DNA of 64,000 bases from an uncultured Verrucomicrobiota bacterium (GTDB taxonomy: Bacteria > Verrucomicrobiota > Kiritimatiellia > CAIVKH01), in NCBI GenBank assembly GCA_964470065.1, contig CAYYAR010000018.1:4960-68959 (forward strand), in the 5' to 3' direction. Below are positions 19,818-30,113 of this stretch, one piece after another. The translations under genes were made by a program, and so were the position numbers. Every line of letters starts with the position of its first letter. Position 1 is the first letter of the stretch. The notes under the pieces were generated by a model. That model was not told the DNA's origin, did no database searches, and saw only the letters and a program-made list of their open reading frames with translations.

Positions 19818-21005
19818 TCAGCCCGCGCGCAATTGCCGGGCCATCCAGTGATACACCATTTCCGAAGCCACGCCGCCGTGCACGGTTTCGTCGAAAGGCG
19901 CCTCGCCCGTCAACGGACCGGTTGGGCCGTCGACCACAAGAATCGGCACCGGTTCGCGGGAGTGCCCGCGCAAGGACACCGGAGTGCGATGATCCATGGC
20001 GACGATCAAACGATACGGCTCTCCCGCTTTTTCGAGACCCTGCCACACCGGTTCCACCACCCGGTCGTTGAACAACTCGATGGCCAGTTTCTTTTTGTGC
20101 GGATCACCCATATGACCGCACTCGTCCGGCGCCTCGATGTGAATGTAGGAAAAATTGCCTTCGCGCAAGAGGTCGAATCCCGCCTGGACCTTGCCCTCAA
20201 AATTCGTGTCCAGAAATCCCGTTGCCCCCGGCACGCGGGGCGCCTCGAGTCCGGCGAGCACACCGAGGCCGCGCACCAGATCCACCGCGGAGATGATGCC
20301 GCCCTGCAATCCGAACTTCTCCCGGTACGATTGGATTTTCAAGGCGTGGCCCTGCCCCCACAACCAGATCTGACTGGCCGGGCGCTCGCCGCGATCGATG
20401 CGGGCCTGGTTGACCGGATGCCGGGCGAGAATTTCGCGCGAGGCCTCCATCAACTCGATAAACTCGTGGGCCCGCTCCCCGGCGGGAAGATTCGGCACGA
20501 TCGGTTTGTCGGCAATTTCGTGCGGAGGCTGGGCCTGAATCTTGGCCGGTCCATTCCGCCACACCAACAGGTGACGATAGCTCACGCCGCCGTGAAAGGT
20601 GCGACCGGGACGACCAAGCTTATCTTGAACCGCGGCGATCAGTTCATGCGCCTCCGGCGTGCTGATGTGCCCGGCGGAATAATCAATCATGCGCGCGTTT
20701 TCGGTGTAGACCAGGTTGCAGCGAACCGCCACATCATCCGGATGCAGGGAAATGCCCGCGCCGGCCGCCTCGATGGGTGCGCGTCCGGTGTAGGCTTCGC
20801 CGGGGTTGTAACCAAGCAGACTCAAATTCGCAACATCGCTCCCGGGCGGCAATTCATCCGGCACGGTCTGCACCATGTCCACCCGTCCACGCGCGGCCAA
20901 TTTTCGTATGCACGGCATGCGGGCCGCTTGCAAGATGGTTTTATGGCCAAGCTCCGGCACGGGATAATCACCCATGCCGTCGCCGACTAGTACTACATAT
21001 TTCAT
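19818..21005 (-). CDS. apgM: Cofactor-independent phosphoglycerate mutase, archaeal type (ApgM family).
   Basis: MKYVVLVGDGMGD..., RMPCIRKLA and a ...DHRTPVS... motif typical of the ApgM metalloenzyme family. Confidence 0.8.
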   Translation of the reverse strand: MKYVVLVGDGMGDYPVPELGHKTILQAARMPCIRKLAARGRVDMVQTVPDELPPGSDVANLSLLGYNPGEAYTGRAPIEAAGAGISLHPDDVAVRCNLVYTENARMIDYSAGHISTPEAHELIAAVQDKLGRPGRTFHGGVSYRHLLVWRNGPAKIQAQPPHEIADKPIVPNLPAGERAHEFIELMEASREILARHPVNQARIDRGERPASQIWLWGQGHALKIQSYREKFGLQGGIISAVDLVRGLGVLAGLEAPRVPGATGFLDTNFEGKVQAGFDLLREGNFSYIHIEAPDECGHMGDPHKKKLAIELFNDRVVEPVWQGLEKAGEPYRLIVAMDHRTPVSLRGHSREPVPILVVDGPTGPLTGEAPFDETVHGGVASEMVYHWMARQLRAG

Positions 21006-21039
21006 AGCCGCCAAATATACGGAAGTGCGCGAAGGCTGT

Positions 21040-22320
21040 CTATCGCGGGCACACGCACTCCGCGGCGGTCCGGGCGACGATCTTGTCGGCCATCAACAAA
21101 AACGCGCGAATGGTTTTATCGAGGTGCGGGATGGGCGTGTCCTCCTCCATGCAATGCGAGAGCCCTTTGGCGGAATAGGCAAACATCATGATCGTGGGCA
21201 TGTGCGGCACCATTTCCGCGGCATCGTGCAGCGGGCCGGAAGGCAGCACCGGGGCGTCGCCGGTGATTTCCATCACCGCCTGCTTGCCAAGTTCAATCAA
21301 TGCCGGATCGAACAAGCGCGGCTCAATTTGCCAGACCATGCTCCATGCGTGCTGCACATCGTTGCCGGTCGCGGCGCGGGCGGCCGCCTCGCGCGCCTCC
21401 TCGTGCATGCGGGCAAGTACCTGCGCGTCGAGTGCGCGCTGGTCGATAGAGATACGGCAGACGCCCGGCACCGCCGTGACAATGCACGGTTCCACCTGCA
21501 CAACCCCGCACGTGCAGACCACGTTGGCGCCGGGCCGCGAATGGCGCCGGGCGATTTCCCGCACCTCCAAGGCAAATTGCGCGGCGGCAAGAAACGCATC
21601 CTTGCGCATCGGAATCGGCGTTGATCCCGAATGGGCGGCCTGCCCGGTGAAGGTAATCATATGGCGCTCCACACCGAAGGTGCCCAGCACCACGCCGGTT
21701 GGTTTGTTCATGGACTCCAACACCGGACCCTGCTCGATGTGCAGTTCGAGATACGCCCTGGCCGGGACTTGTTTCAAGTGGCGATGGGCATCGTGCATGT
21801 GGTCGAGATCAACACCGCATTCCTTCAATGCTTCCGGCAAGGCCGTGCCCTGCCGGTCCTTGAGATGACGCACCTCGTCAACCTTCAACGTTCCAGCAGC
21901 CGCAGATGATCCGAGCAGGCTGCGACCAAAGCGAGCGCCCTCCTCGTCGGCCCAATCCACCAGCTTCAAGGTCACCGGCGGTTGACCGGCCGAGGCATAG
22001 CGACGCAAAACCTCTAGCGCGACCAGCGTTCCGAGGCATCCATCCAGCCATCCCCCGTTCGGCACGGAATCGAGATGGCCGGCCACGAGAATGGCATCCG
22101 GTTTTTTTCCCGGCAACGTCACCCACTGGTTGCCGGCGGCATCCAGCTCGACATCCAGTCCGAGCTCGGCCTTGACCTTGGCGGCAAACCAGGAACGCAC
22201 CTTGCGGAACATCGGACTCCACGCCACCCGCTGCGCTCCGTGTTCATCGGAGGAGAACGCCGCAAGCTCTTTGAGGTCGGCAAGTACGCGAGCGGAATCA
22301 AGCGGTGGCAAATTGCTCAT
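21040..22320 (-). CDS. M20-family Zn-dependent amidohydrolase (allantoate amidohydrolase / N-carbamoyl-L-amino-acid hydrolase type).
   Basis: AGHLDSV metal motif, DWADEEGARFG, M20 dimerisation-domain pattern, and HSG near the C-terminal third. Start moved to MSNLPPL. Confidence 0.75.
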   Translation of the reverse strand: MSNLPPLDSARVLADLKELAAFSSDEHGAQRVAWSPMFRKVRSWFAAKVKAELGLDVELDAAGNQWVTLPGKKPDAILVAGHLDSVPNGGWLDGCLGTLVALEVLRRYASAGQPPVTLKLVDWADEEGARFGRSLLGSSAAAGTLKVDEVRHLKDRQGTALPEALKECGVDLDHMHDAHRHLKQVPARAYLELHIEQGPVLESMNKPTGVVLGTFGVERHMITFTGQAAHSGSTPIPMRKDAFLAAAQFALEVREIARRHSRPGANVVCTCGVVQVEPCIVTAVPGVCRISIDQRALDAQVLARMHEEAREAAARAATGNDVQHAWSMVWQIEPRLFDPALIELGKQAVMEITGDAPVLPSGPLHDAAEMVPHMPTIMMFAYSAKGLSHCMEEDTPIPHLDKTIRAFLLMADKIVARTAAECVCPR

Positions 22321-22403
22321 GATGTGTTCCTTTGCTTCTCCAACGACAGTAAAGGCCGCGGACAGCATGGGCAACCATGGAGTTGGGCGGGGCGTATACC
22401 GGC

Positions 22404-24077
22404 TCAGCGCCGGATCGGCTTGAACTTCATCCGGTGCGGGCGGTCGGCATCATCGCCCAATCGCCGCCGTCGATCCTCGTGATACGCCTCGTAGTTCCCT
22501 TCGAACCAGGTCACCACGCTATCACCCTCAAACGCCAGAATATGGGTGGCGATTCGATCGAGAAACCAGCGGTCATGGCTGACCACCACCGCGCAACCGC
22601 CAAAATTCATCAGCCCTTCCTCAAGGGATCGCAAGGTGTCGACGTCGAGATCGTTGGTCGGCTCGTCGAGCAGCAGGACATTCCCGCCTGAACGCAACAA
22701 CTTCGCCAGATGCACGCGATTGCGTTCGCCGCCCGACAGCTGCCCGACCTTCTTCTGCTGGTCGCCGCCCTTGAAATTGAAACGTGCACAATAGGCGCGG
22801 CTGTTCATCAGCTTGCCACCGAGGTCGAGAAATTCCGCGCCGCCGCTGATTTCCTCGTACACCGTGTGCTGGGGATTAAGGTTGTCGCGAAATTGATCGA
22901 CATAGGACAGGCGCACCGTCGGACCGATGGTCAACTCCCCGGAGCCGGGCTTTTCCGCGCCCATCATCATCTTGAACAACGTGGTCTTGCCGGCGCCATT
23001 GCCACCGATCACCCCGACGATGCCGCCGCGCGGCAATTCAAACGACACCTTCTCAAACAGCACACGGTCATCAAATCCCTTCCCCAGATCCTTGGCCCGG
23101 ATCACCAGATCGCCCAGTCGCTCGCCGGACGGAATTTGAATTTGCAAATTGCTTTCCCGGGTATCCACCTGCTGGGCGGCCAACTCCTCGTAGCGGGCGA
23201 TGCGGGCCTTGCTCTTGGCCTGGCGGGCTTTCGGATTCATCCGGATCCACGCCAACTCCTGCGCGAGCAATTTTTGCCGGCTCGCCGCGACCTTCGCCTC
23301 GCGCTCGGACTCGGCTTCTTTCTGCAACAGCCACTGTTCGTAGTTACCCTTGTAGGGATAGCCATTTCCGGCATCGAGTTCGAGAATCCACTCGGTGACA
23401 TTGCTGAGAAAATAGCGATCATGGGTGACGACCACGATCGTGCCGGAAAATTGCTTGAGGTAGTTTTCAATCCACGCCACCGACTCCGCATCGAGATGGT
23501 TCGTCGGCTCGTCGAGCAACAGCACATCCGGGTTCGACAGCAACAACCGGCACAGGGCCACGCGGCGTTTTTCGCCGCCGGATATGCGCGACACCGGGGC
23601 GTCGCCGGGCGGTAACCGCAACGCCTCCATCGCCATCTCCACGTGATGATCGAGTTCCCACAGTTCGCGGGCATCGATCAACTCCTGCACACGGCCGAGT
23701 TCATCGTTGAGCTTGTCCTGCTCCTCGCTGGAAATATCCTCGCCGAGTTTTTCACAAAGTTCATCATACCGCGCGAGGATCGAGCGGGCCTCGGCCACGC
23801 CTTCGTCCACCACGGCGGCCACGGTTTTATTGTCGTCGAGCTCGGGCTCCTGGGCCAGATATCCGATCTTTGCGTTCTTCGCCCGGTACACCTCGCCCAT
23901 GTAATCCTTGTCGATCCCGGCCATGATGCGAAGCAGCGTCGATTTGCCGGCGCCGTTACCCCCGATGACGCCGATTTTTGCGCCAAAGAAAAAAGCGAGG
24001 TTGATATCGTTGAGTATCGTGGTTTTGTTGTGCTGCTTGGTCAATCGCTGTAAGTTGAAAACATATTCACCGGCCAT
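22404..24077 (-). CDS. ettA: Energy-dependent translational throttle protein EttA (ABC-F ATPase).
   Basis: 557 aa that aligns end-to-end with E. coli EttA ([32 protein letters not shown] ... [28 protein letters not shown]). Start trimmed to MAGEYVF. Confidence 0.88.
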   Translation of the reverse strand: MAGEYVFNLQRLTKQHNKTTILNDINLAFFFGAKIGVIGGNGAGKSTLLRIMAGIDKDYMGEVYRAKNAKIGYLAQEPELDDNKTVAAVVDEGVAEARSILARYDELCEKLGEDISSEEQDKLNDELGRVQELIDARELWELDHHVEMAMEALRLPPGDAPVSRISGGEKRRVALCRLLLSNPDVLLLDEPTNHLDAESVAWIENYLKQFSGTIVVVTHDRYFLSNVTEWILELDAGNGYPYKGNYEQWLLQKEAESEREAKVAASRQKLLAQELAWIRMNPKARQAKSKARIARYEELAAQQVDTRESNLQIQIPSGERLGDLVIRAKDLGKGFDDRVLFEKVSFELPRGGIVGVIGGNGAGKTTLFKMMMGAEKPGSGELTIGPTVRLSYVDQFRDNLNPQHTVYEEISGGAEFLDLGGKLMNSRAYCARFNFKGGDQQKKVGQLSGGERNRVHLAKLLRSGGNVLLLDEPTNDLDVDTLRSLEEGLMNFGGCAVVVSHDRWFLDRIATHILAFEGDSVVTWFEGNYEAYHEDRRRRLGDDADRPHRMKFKPIRR

Positions 24078-24171
24078 GTGGGGTATCTCCGTACATGCGA
24101 AAAATGTATCGCCCGGCGGCATTTGGTAAAGGGCAAAGGGAAGCGCTCGGGATGATTGACGCTGGCGCCGC

Positions 24172-24801
24172 GTGCTTGATACGATACAACCCCAACGCAT
24201 GACCACCACTCCCGCCAGCTTCAAAATTTCCGGCGAGCTCACGAGCGACCCGAACGTGTGCAAGTTTCATTGTGACCGGCCGATCCTCGACGACTGGACC
24301 GTCGTATTCAGCAAGCCGGAGGATTCGCTGGGATCGCCCCTGGTGGATGCGTTGTTTGCCATTGAGGGCGTCAGCGCGGTGACCGTATCCGGTTCAACCA
24401 TCACCGTCACTAAATCCGTGACCACTCCCTGGCCGCATCTGGCGGCCGACATCGCGCGGGCCATACGCGGCGGTTGCGCCGGAGAAGCCTCGCCTGTCGC
24501 GCCGGCGGTGATTGAGCGCCTGCAGCATATGCCGATGGATGAAGCTCATCGCGCGATAGAGGATTTATTCGAGAAGCAAATCAATCCCGCGCTGGCTTCG
24601 CACGGTGGATTCGTAAAGTTGGTCAAAGTCGAGGATCGCGATGTGTACGTGGAGATGGGCGGTGGTTGCCAGGGTTGTGCATCCGCCCGGGCGACCATGC
24701 GGTACGGCGTGGAGGGGGCTATTCGCAAAGTCGCTCCGCAAATCCGCCACATCATCGATGCCACCGATCACGCCGCGGGAACCAACCCCTACTACAGCTG
24801 A
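24172..24801 (+). CDS. NifU/Nfu-type Fe-S cluster assembly protein (Nfu N-terminal domain plus NifU C-terminal CxxC domain).
   Basis: [40 protein letters not shown] carries the NifU_C signature. Confidence 0.75.
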   Translation: MLDTIQPQRMTTTPASFKISGELTSDPNVCKFHCDRPILDDWTVVFSKPEDSLGSPLVDALFAIEGVSAVTVSGSTITVTKSVTTPWPHLAADIARAIRGGCAGEASPVAPAVIERLQHMPMDEAHRAIEDLFEKQINPALASHGGFVKLVKVEDRDVYVEMGGGCQGCASARATMRYGVEGAIRKVAPQIRHIIDATDHAAGTNPYYS

Positions 24802-24806
24802 ACACC

Positions 24807-25658
24807 ATGCCGTTGCTGAAGCGCGTTCTTGTTTCCTCCTTGATTGTTGTCCTTTCCGCCGCCGCGGTTTTCGGACAAGGCCGGGCGCAAATCCCCGGTA
24901 TCACCGCCGACCCTTACGTGAGCGCGATCGTCATCGATGCCGACACGGGCGAGCCGCTGTTCGTGAAAGATGCCCTCAAAAAAACCTACCCGGCCAGCGT
25001 ACTCAAGCTGATGGATCTGTATGTGATTCTGGATCTGGTGCAAAAGGGCAAGCTCGGCTTGTCGGATGTGGTAACGGCCAGCGAAGAAGCCTACCGGATG
25101 GGCGGATCGCAGGTGTACCTCGATGTGGGCGAACAATTCACCGTCGATGATCTGTTGTACGCGCTGATGATCGCTTCGGCCAACGATGCCGCGGTAGCCC
25201 TGGCTGAACACATCGCCGGCAGCAAAGAGGCATTCGTTCAATTGATGAACGAGAAGGCGCGCGAACTCGGCATGAAGGATACCCGTTTTTCCTCGGTGCA
25301 TGGCTTGCCGCCCACAGAGGGACAGGAACCGGATATTACCACCGCCCGGGACATGGCCACGCTTTGCCGCGCCCTCGTGAAGATGCCCGGAGCGCTTACC
25401 TACACCTCCACCAAGCAGCGCGGATTTCGCAACGACAGCTTCACCATGCAAACCCATAACAGCCTGCTCCAGCGCACGCCCGGTTGCGATGGTTTAAAGA
25501 CGGGTTACTTCAGGCTTGCCGGTTACTCCATTGCCGCCACCGCCGAACGAAATGGCAAGCGCATCATCGCCGTGGTCATGGGCAGTGAAAAGCGCCAAAC
25601 CCGCGATGATCACGCGGCGCGCCTGATCGAGGAAGCATTTCGCGGATTCAACCGGTAA
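24807..25658 (+). CDS. D-alanyl-D-alanine carboxypeptidase (S11 family, PBP5/DacA-like), secreted.
   Basis: Signal peptide, SxxK (ASVLKLM), SxN (SANDAA) and KTG (KTGYF) motifs. Start trimmed to MPLLKR at 24807. Confidence 0.85.
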   Translation: MPLLKRVLVSSLIVVLSAAAVFGQGRAQIPGITADPYVSAIVIDADTGEPLFVKDALKKTYPASVLKLMDLYVILDLVQKGKLGLSDVVTASEEAYRMGGSQVYLDVGEQFTVDDLLYALMIASANDAAVALAEHIAGSKEAFVQLMNEKARELGMKDTRFSSVHGLPPTEGQEPDITTARDMATLCRALVKMPGALTYTSTKQRGFRNDSFTMQTHNSLLQRTPGCDGLKTGYFRLAGYSIAATAERNGKRIIAVVMGSEKRQTRDDHAARLIEEAFRGFNR

Positions 25659-25691
25659 CCCACCGACCGGAACCCGGGTTGCGGGGCCGGT

Positions 25692-25730
25692 AAAAAAATG
25701 GCGCGGAATAGCATCCGCGCCATTGATTGT
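25692..25730. terminator. Bidirectional terminator hairpin GGCGCGGA-ATAGCAT-CCGCGCC with an A/T tract on both sides, between the convergent dacA-like and spy-like genes.
   Basis: Inverted repeat with AAAAAAA upstream, which reads as a T-tract on the minus strand. Confidence 0.45.
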
Positions 25731-25748
25731 TACATTGACTCGATGTTG

Positions 25749-26216
25749 TCAGGGCGCTTGGTGTCCCTCGCGTCCCCATTGCTCCCGGCGTTGTTCCTGA
25801 CGATCCCGCCGCATCTCGACCAGCTCGCGGGCTTTTTCCGCGCCGATGAGATTTCGCACTTTTAGTTGATGTTCCGTGCGGGCCTTGCTCAAGGCAAGGT
25901 AGGCCGCGCCCTCGGCCACCACCGAACGCATGATTTCCTCGTCAGACGCATCATCCGATGCGATCAATTCGGCTGTGTTCATCCGCGACTCGTGCAACTG
26001 CTGCTGAAGCGGCCGCATGGATTCCTTCGCTTCCTCGCGCAACACCTGTAATGCCTTCTGCTGCTCCCCGGTTAGTTCCAGCTTGCGGGCCATGTGCTCC
26101 ATTCTCGCCTCGCCACCCTTCATCTTGCCGTGACCTTCCCCGCCCGCGCCCGGCCATGCCGAAGCATTCATACCTGCGCATACAGCACACACGACCAAGA
26201 ATATCAACTGTTTCAT
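25749..26216 (-). CDS. Periplasmic Spy/CpxP-family (LTxxQ motif) stress protein.
   Basis: Signal peptide MKQLIFLVVCAVCAGMNASA, an LELTGEQQKAL LTxxQ repeat, and a helical Q/E/R-rich sequence. Confidence 0.7.
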   Translation of the reverse strand: MKQLIFLVVCAVCAGMNASAWPGAGGEGHGKMKGGEARMEHMARKLELTGEQQKALQVLREEAKESMRPLQQQLHESRMNTAELIASDDASDEEIMRSVVAEGAAYLALSKARTEHQLKVRNLIGAEKARELVEMRRDRQEQRREQWGREGHQAP

Positions 26217-26278
26217 ACTACATCTCCTGTGTTGGTTGATTTTTCGCTCACCATCCATACAACGCGAAGGGGAGGCTT

Positions 26279-27100
26279 TTATTGTATGCCGGCCGCCGAA
26301 AAAATAGAGCGCACGAAAGTGTGCAGGGCCGTATAAAACGCCGGCGTGTCGATCCATCCGGCTTCGCCGTGGTTTCCCCGCAGCGGAATAAATTGCTTCG
26401 GACCGGACGCAGCCTCAAACAAACGCGTGCCGATGTCGTACGGAACGACCCCGTCGATCGTACTGTGCGCAAATAATTTGGGCACCGGGAGCGAGGCGAG
26501 TTTGGATTGCGCGTCAAACCGGTAACGGGCGATGGTGCGGATGGGAAGGTTTGGATACCAGCGCTCGCCGACATCGACCGACGAGGTAAATCCTCCTTCG
26601 ATCACTACGCCCTTCACCGGCTTGTCGACGGCAAGCTGCGCGGCTACCGAACCGCCCAGCGAGGCGCCAAACACGATCACCGGTGGTTGGTCCGCATCCT
26701 CAAACCGGGCCCGCACCACCTCATACGCCGCACGGGCATCGCGGTACAATCCGCGCTCGGAGGGAATCCCCCGGCTCAATCCAAAACCCCGGTAGTCGAA
26801 CAGAAATACATGCACCCCCAACTTGTGCAACCCATCGACCACATCCAGCCGGGTGCTGATATTGCCGGCATTGCCGTGGCAATAGAGCATGGCGCCCGTC
26901 GCCTCCGGATGCGGAATCCACCAGCCGTGTAAACGACAGCCATCTTCGGCAAAAAACATCACGTCCTCGAAGGCCAAGCCGATTTTCGAAGGATCTTCCG
27001 TCATCGCGCGCGACGGCTTGAAGGTGTTGTGCCATTCGAACCAGCGCAACCCGGCGTAAACCGCCGCGCCACCCACCATCCATGGGATCAACGGATACAT
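26279..27100 (-). CDS. Alpha/beta-hydrolase fold protein (serine hydrolase, GxSxG).
   Basis: HGNAGN oxyanion region, VFGASLGG nucleophile elbow, C-terminal H/D. 273 aa. Confidence 0.7.
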   Translation of the reverse strand: MYPLIPWMVGGAAVYAGLRWFEWHNTFKPSRAMTEDPSKIGLAFEDVMFFAEDGCRLHGWWIPHPEATGAMLYCHGNAGNISTRLDVVDGLHKLGVHVFLFDYRGFGLSRGIPSERGLYRDARAAYEVVRARFEDADQPPVIVFGASLGGSVAAQLAVDKPVKGVVIEGGFTSSVDVGERWYPNLPIRTIARYRFDAQSKLASLPVPKLFAHSTIDGVVPYDIGTRLFEAASGPKQFIPLRGNHGEAGWIDTPAFYTALHTFVRSIFSAAGIQ

Positions 27101-27103
27101 GGT

Positions 27104-28279
27104 TTATGGCACAACAAATTTCCTGGGGAAGGATGCCAGCACCCGCGCTCCGCCCTTGACCACGACCACCGTATCCTCGATACGCACGCCACCGATATCA
27201 GGATCGTACAGACCGGGCTCGACCGTGACCACGTGACCAGCGCGCAAGACAACCTCCCCGCGACTGATGGAGGGCGCTTCGTGAATTTCGAGACCCACCC
27301 CGTGACCGGTGCCATGGAAAAAGCCCCGCACCACGCCATCCCGCACGGTCAACGGATAGCCGGCTGCCTCGAGCAACGAGGCGACTCGTCCGTGCACGTC
27401 GGAACCATCCACGCCGGGCCGGATCATTTTCAGCGCCATGGCTTGGGCTTTGAACACCGCCTGATACATCCGGGCCAGGGGCGGCGGCGGTGTGCCCTTG
27501 CAAAAAGTTCGCGTGATGTCGCCCCAGTAGCCGGTACGTTTGTGCTGCGGGAAAATGTCGATCACGATACTGGATCGCGCGCGCAACGGACCGTGACCCC
27601 GCTCGTGCGGGTCCGCGGCCTGCGCCCCGCCCGCCACGATGGTATCGCGCGCGATACATTCGCGCTGCAGCAAGGCGGTATCGATCACGGCGCGCAAACG
27701 ATCGGAAGAGAGCACGCGACCCGACCAGCGCAATTCACCCGAGCGCAACACCGATGATTCTTTCAGCACGTTGGCCGCGCATCGCATCGCGCTTACCGCC
27801 GCCCGTTGGGCCATGGTGATTTTTTCGATCTCGCCCGCATCCTTCACGTCGCGCTCCGGGTAAAGTGAAGCCGCCTCGACATTCACGCGTATGCCCTGTC
27901 GTTGGAGGTCCACCAGTACCGAGGCGGGAAAATTCGGCCCCACCCGCACGTGGCGCACACCGCGATGCTGCAGCAGGCAGATAGCCCATGCCGGTAACCT
28001 CCGGCCCTGCGCGCGCGGCACATTGATGTCTTCCGGCAATAAAACATCCACGCTTTGAGCCTCCGCGCGGGCACGACTGTACTCGAGCATCGGCACCACC
28101 AGCGTTTTGCGTCGCTTCTCGTCCAGAAACACCACTGGATCCACCGGCATAAATCCGCTGCTGTATACCAAATCGGCGCATTGTCCCGCCCCCTCGACAA
28201 CCAGCCGTGGCAGAGCTGTTAATGATTTCTTCATGGGTTTGTCCTGTGTCATATTGTCCGGCCGATGCGAGTTCAGCAA
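27104..28279 (-). CDS. Xaa-Pro aminopeptidase / M24B-family metallopeptidase
   Basis: M24 pita-bread metal ligands: HGTGHGVGLEIHE, VTVEPGLY, GGVRIEDTVVV. The start is ambiguous (28279, 28252 or 28234). Confidence 0.8.
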   Translation of the reverse strand: MLNSHRPDNMTQDKPMKKSLTALPRLVVEGAGQCADLVYSSGFMPVDPVVFLDEKRRKTLVVPMLEYSRARAEAQSVDVLLPEDINVPRAQGRRLPAWAICLLQHRGVRHVRVGPNFPASVLVDLQRQGIRVNVEAASLYPERDVKDAGEIEKITMAQRAAVSAMRCAANVLKESSVLRSGELRWSGRVLSSDRLRAVIDTALLQRECIARDTIVAGGAQAADPHERGHGPLRARSSIVIDIFPQHKRTGYWGDITRTFCKGTPPPPLARMYQAVFKAQAMALKMIRPGVDGSDVHGRVASLLEAAGYPLTVRDGVVRGFFHGTGHGVGLEIHEAPSISRGEVVLRAGHVVTVEPGLYDPDIGGVRIEDTVVVVKGGARVLASFPRKFVVP

Positions 28280-28671
28280 CGCCTCAAAATGTGGCTTTTT
28301 ACCAATGTATTGTCACTTGCAATTCATAAACCTCTGGCAAACAGAGTGTTAACTGCCACCACAACATTTTGTGATCATTACCACCTGCTGACTACAAATA
28401 GTATGGTTATAAAAAACACTTCGCTTTTACTTTTTTTACCTTGTTCGCCGTCGTCTTGATTTCTACTTTCCCACCGTTGTGCTTGTGATGGGGAGGGTCG
28501 GGTCGTGTTGATAACTTGTCAGCAAGTGTGTCAGCCGCGTTTATCTCGTGGTTGATCATTTGTGGTGGCATAATTTCATCGGTTCGCCCACCCCTTCGAC
28601 GCGTGGCCGGTTTGCCGGTTAAGCAGGGTTTAACGTGGATTGTTCCATTTCAAAGAAAGTTTACTGTCGGC
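28280..28671. other. Probable chromosomal replication origin (oriC): AT-rich DUE-like stretch 28391-28440 plus DnaA-box-like 9-mers, immediately upstream of dnaA.
   Basis: TGTTGATAA (28507-28515, 8/9 to TGTGGATAA). Weaker boxes at about 28539 (TTATCTCGT), 28645 (CGTGGATTG) and 28287. The AT-rich run ATAGTATGGTTATAAAAAACACTTCGCTTTTACTTTTTTTACC is the likely unwinding element. This 390-bp noncoding gap is exceptional for the window. Confidence 0.5.
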
Positions 28672-30039
28672 ATGAATGCAGGAACCGTGTGGGCCAAGGC
28701 TTGTAAGCATCTTAAAGATACCTTGTCGAAGGACGTGTTTGATCGCTGGATTGCCGTGATCGAAGCGCGTGAAGTCACCGGAGATCAATTGATCCTGCGC
28801 GTGGCGAATAATTTTTATCAAAACTGGCTCGAGGAGAATTATCTCTCGCTGATTCAGGATGCCGTTACGGCGTCGCATGCCCAGCCTTTGCAGGTGGTGC
28901 TGGAAGTTGATCGCAATCTTCCGCCTTCCGCGGCACCGGTCATCCCGGCGCCGACCGCCGCGGAAAGCGCGCCCGCGACTCCGGCCCGTCCGATCAAATC
29001 ATCCAGTTCGCTGAATTCGAAATATACGTTCGATAAATTTATCGTCGGTTCGTCCAACAGTTTTCCGCATGCGGCATCGATGGCGGTGGCGCAGTCGCCG
29101 GGCCGCGCCTACAATCCGCTGTTTCTTTACGGCGGCGTGGGCCTGGGCAAGACGCACCTAATGCAGGCGATCGGCAACTACGTCTTGCAGCAGACCAAGG
29201 CCTCGGTTTGTTACGTCACGAGCGAAGCGCTTATGAACGAGTACATCGACGCCTTGCAGAAAAAGGCCCTCGTGCAGTTCCGGAAAAAGTATCGCACGGC
29301 CGATTTGCTGCTGATTGATGACATTCAGTTTCTTGGCGGCAAGGAGCGCATGCAGGAGGAGTTTTTCCACACCTTTAACGCCCTCTTCGATAGCCACAAA
29401 CAAATCGTGCTCACCTGCGATCGCCCGGCCAGCGAAATCCCCGGCCTTGAACACCGCCTGGTCTCGCGCTTCGAGTGGGGCCTGGTGACCGAGTTGGAAT
29501 TGCCCGACGTGGAAACACGAATTGCCATTCTCCGCAACAAGCAGGAACAACTGAACATCAAACTGCCCGATGAGGTAATCAATTACCTTGCCGAAAATAT
29601 CCGGGCGAACATCCGCCGCCTTGAGGGCGCGTTGATCCGGGTGGTTTCGTTTTCCTCCCTCACCGGCAAGCCGATCACCATGGAGTCGGTGGAGTATCTG
29701 CTCCGCGATACGCTCGACCAGGAACAGCAGCAAATCATCACCATCGAGGAAATTCAGCGCGTGGTGTCGGATTACTACGATATCCGCATGGGCGATATGA
29801 CGAGTAACCGTCGACCGGCCGCCATCGCGTTTCCGCGACAGGTCGCGATGTATTTGAGTCGCGAGCTGACGCCCCAGTCGCTGCCGAGTATCGGCCAGGC
29901 ATTTGGCAAGAATCACGCGACGGTGCTTTACGCGTACAAAACCGTGGCGGACAAATTGAAGGCCGATGCGGCATTCCGTCAGTCCATGACGGTGTTGCAA
30001 CAGCGTCTATCCCGGCGCGAGCAACGTATCACGGCGTAA
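28672..30039 (+). CDS. dnaA: Chromosomal replication initiator DnaA
   Basis: 455 aa. AAA+ motifs GGVGLGKTHL, LLIDDIQFL, and the C-terminal DNA-binding domain (...RPAAIAFPRQVAMYL...). Start trimmed to MNAGTVW. Confidence 0.95.
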   Translation: MNAGTVWAKACKHLKDTLSKDVFDRWIAVIEAREVTGDQLILRVANNFYQNWLEENYLSLIQDAVTASHAQPLQVVLEVDRNLPPSAAPVIPAPTAAESAPATPARPIKSSSSLNSKYTFDKFIVGSSNSFPHAASMAVAQSPGRAYNPLFLYGGVGLGKTHLMQAIGNYVLQQTKASVCYVTSEALMNEYIDALQKKALVQFRKKYRTADLLLIDDIQFLGGKERMQEEFFHTFNALFDSHKQIVLTCDRPASEIPGLEHRLVSRFEWGLVTELELPDVETRIAILRNKQEQLNIKLPDEVINYLAENIRANIRRLEGALIRVVSFSSLTGKPITMESVEYLLRDTLDQEQQQIITIEEIQRVVSDYYDIRMGDMTSNRRPAAIAFPRQVAMYLSRELTPQSLPSIGQAFGKNHATVLYAYKTVADKLKADAAFRQSMTVLQQRLSRREQRITA

Positions 30040-30113
30040 CGCCCGGTCGCGCAAGACTCGCGCAGGCCAAACCGCCTAACGCTTACGCCGGCAAGAGGTT
30101 GCCGACCGCAACC

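Noticed and set aside
24666-24806. N-terminal 47-aa extension of the dacA-like ORF in the track.
   Set aside because: The extension overlaps the nfu-like gene in another frame. The signal peptide begins at MPLLKR (24807), so the start was trimmed.
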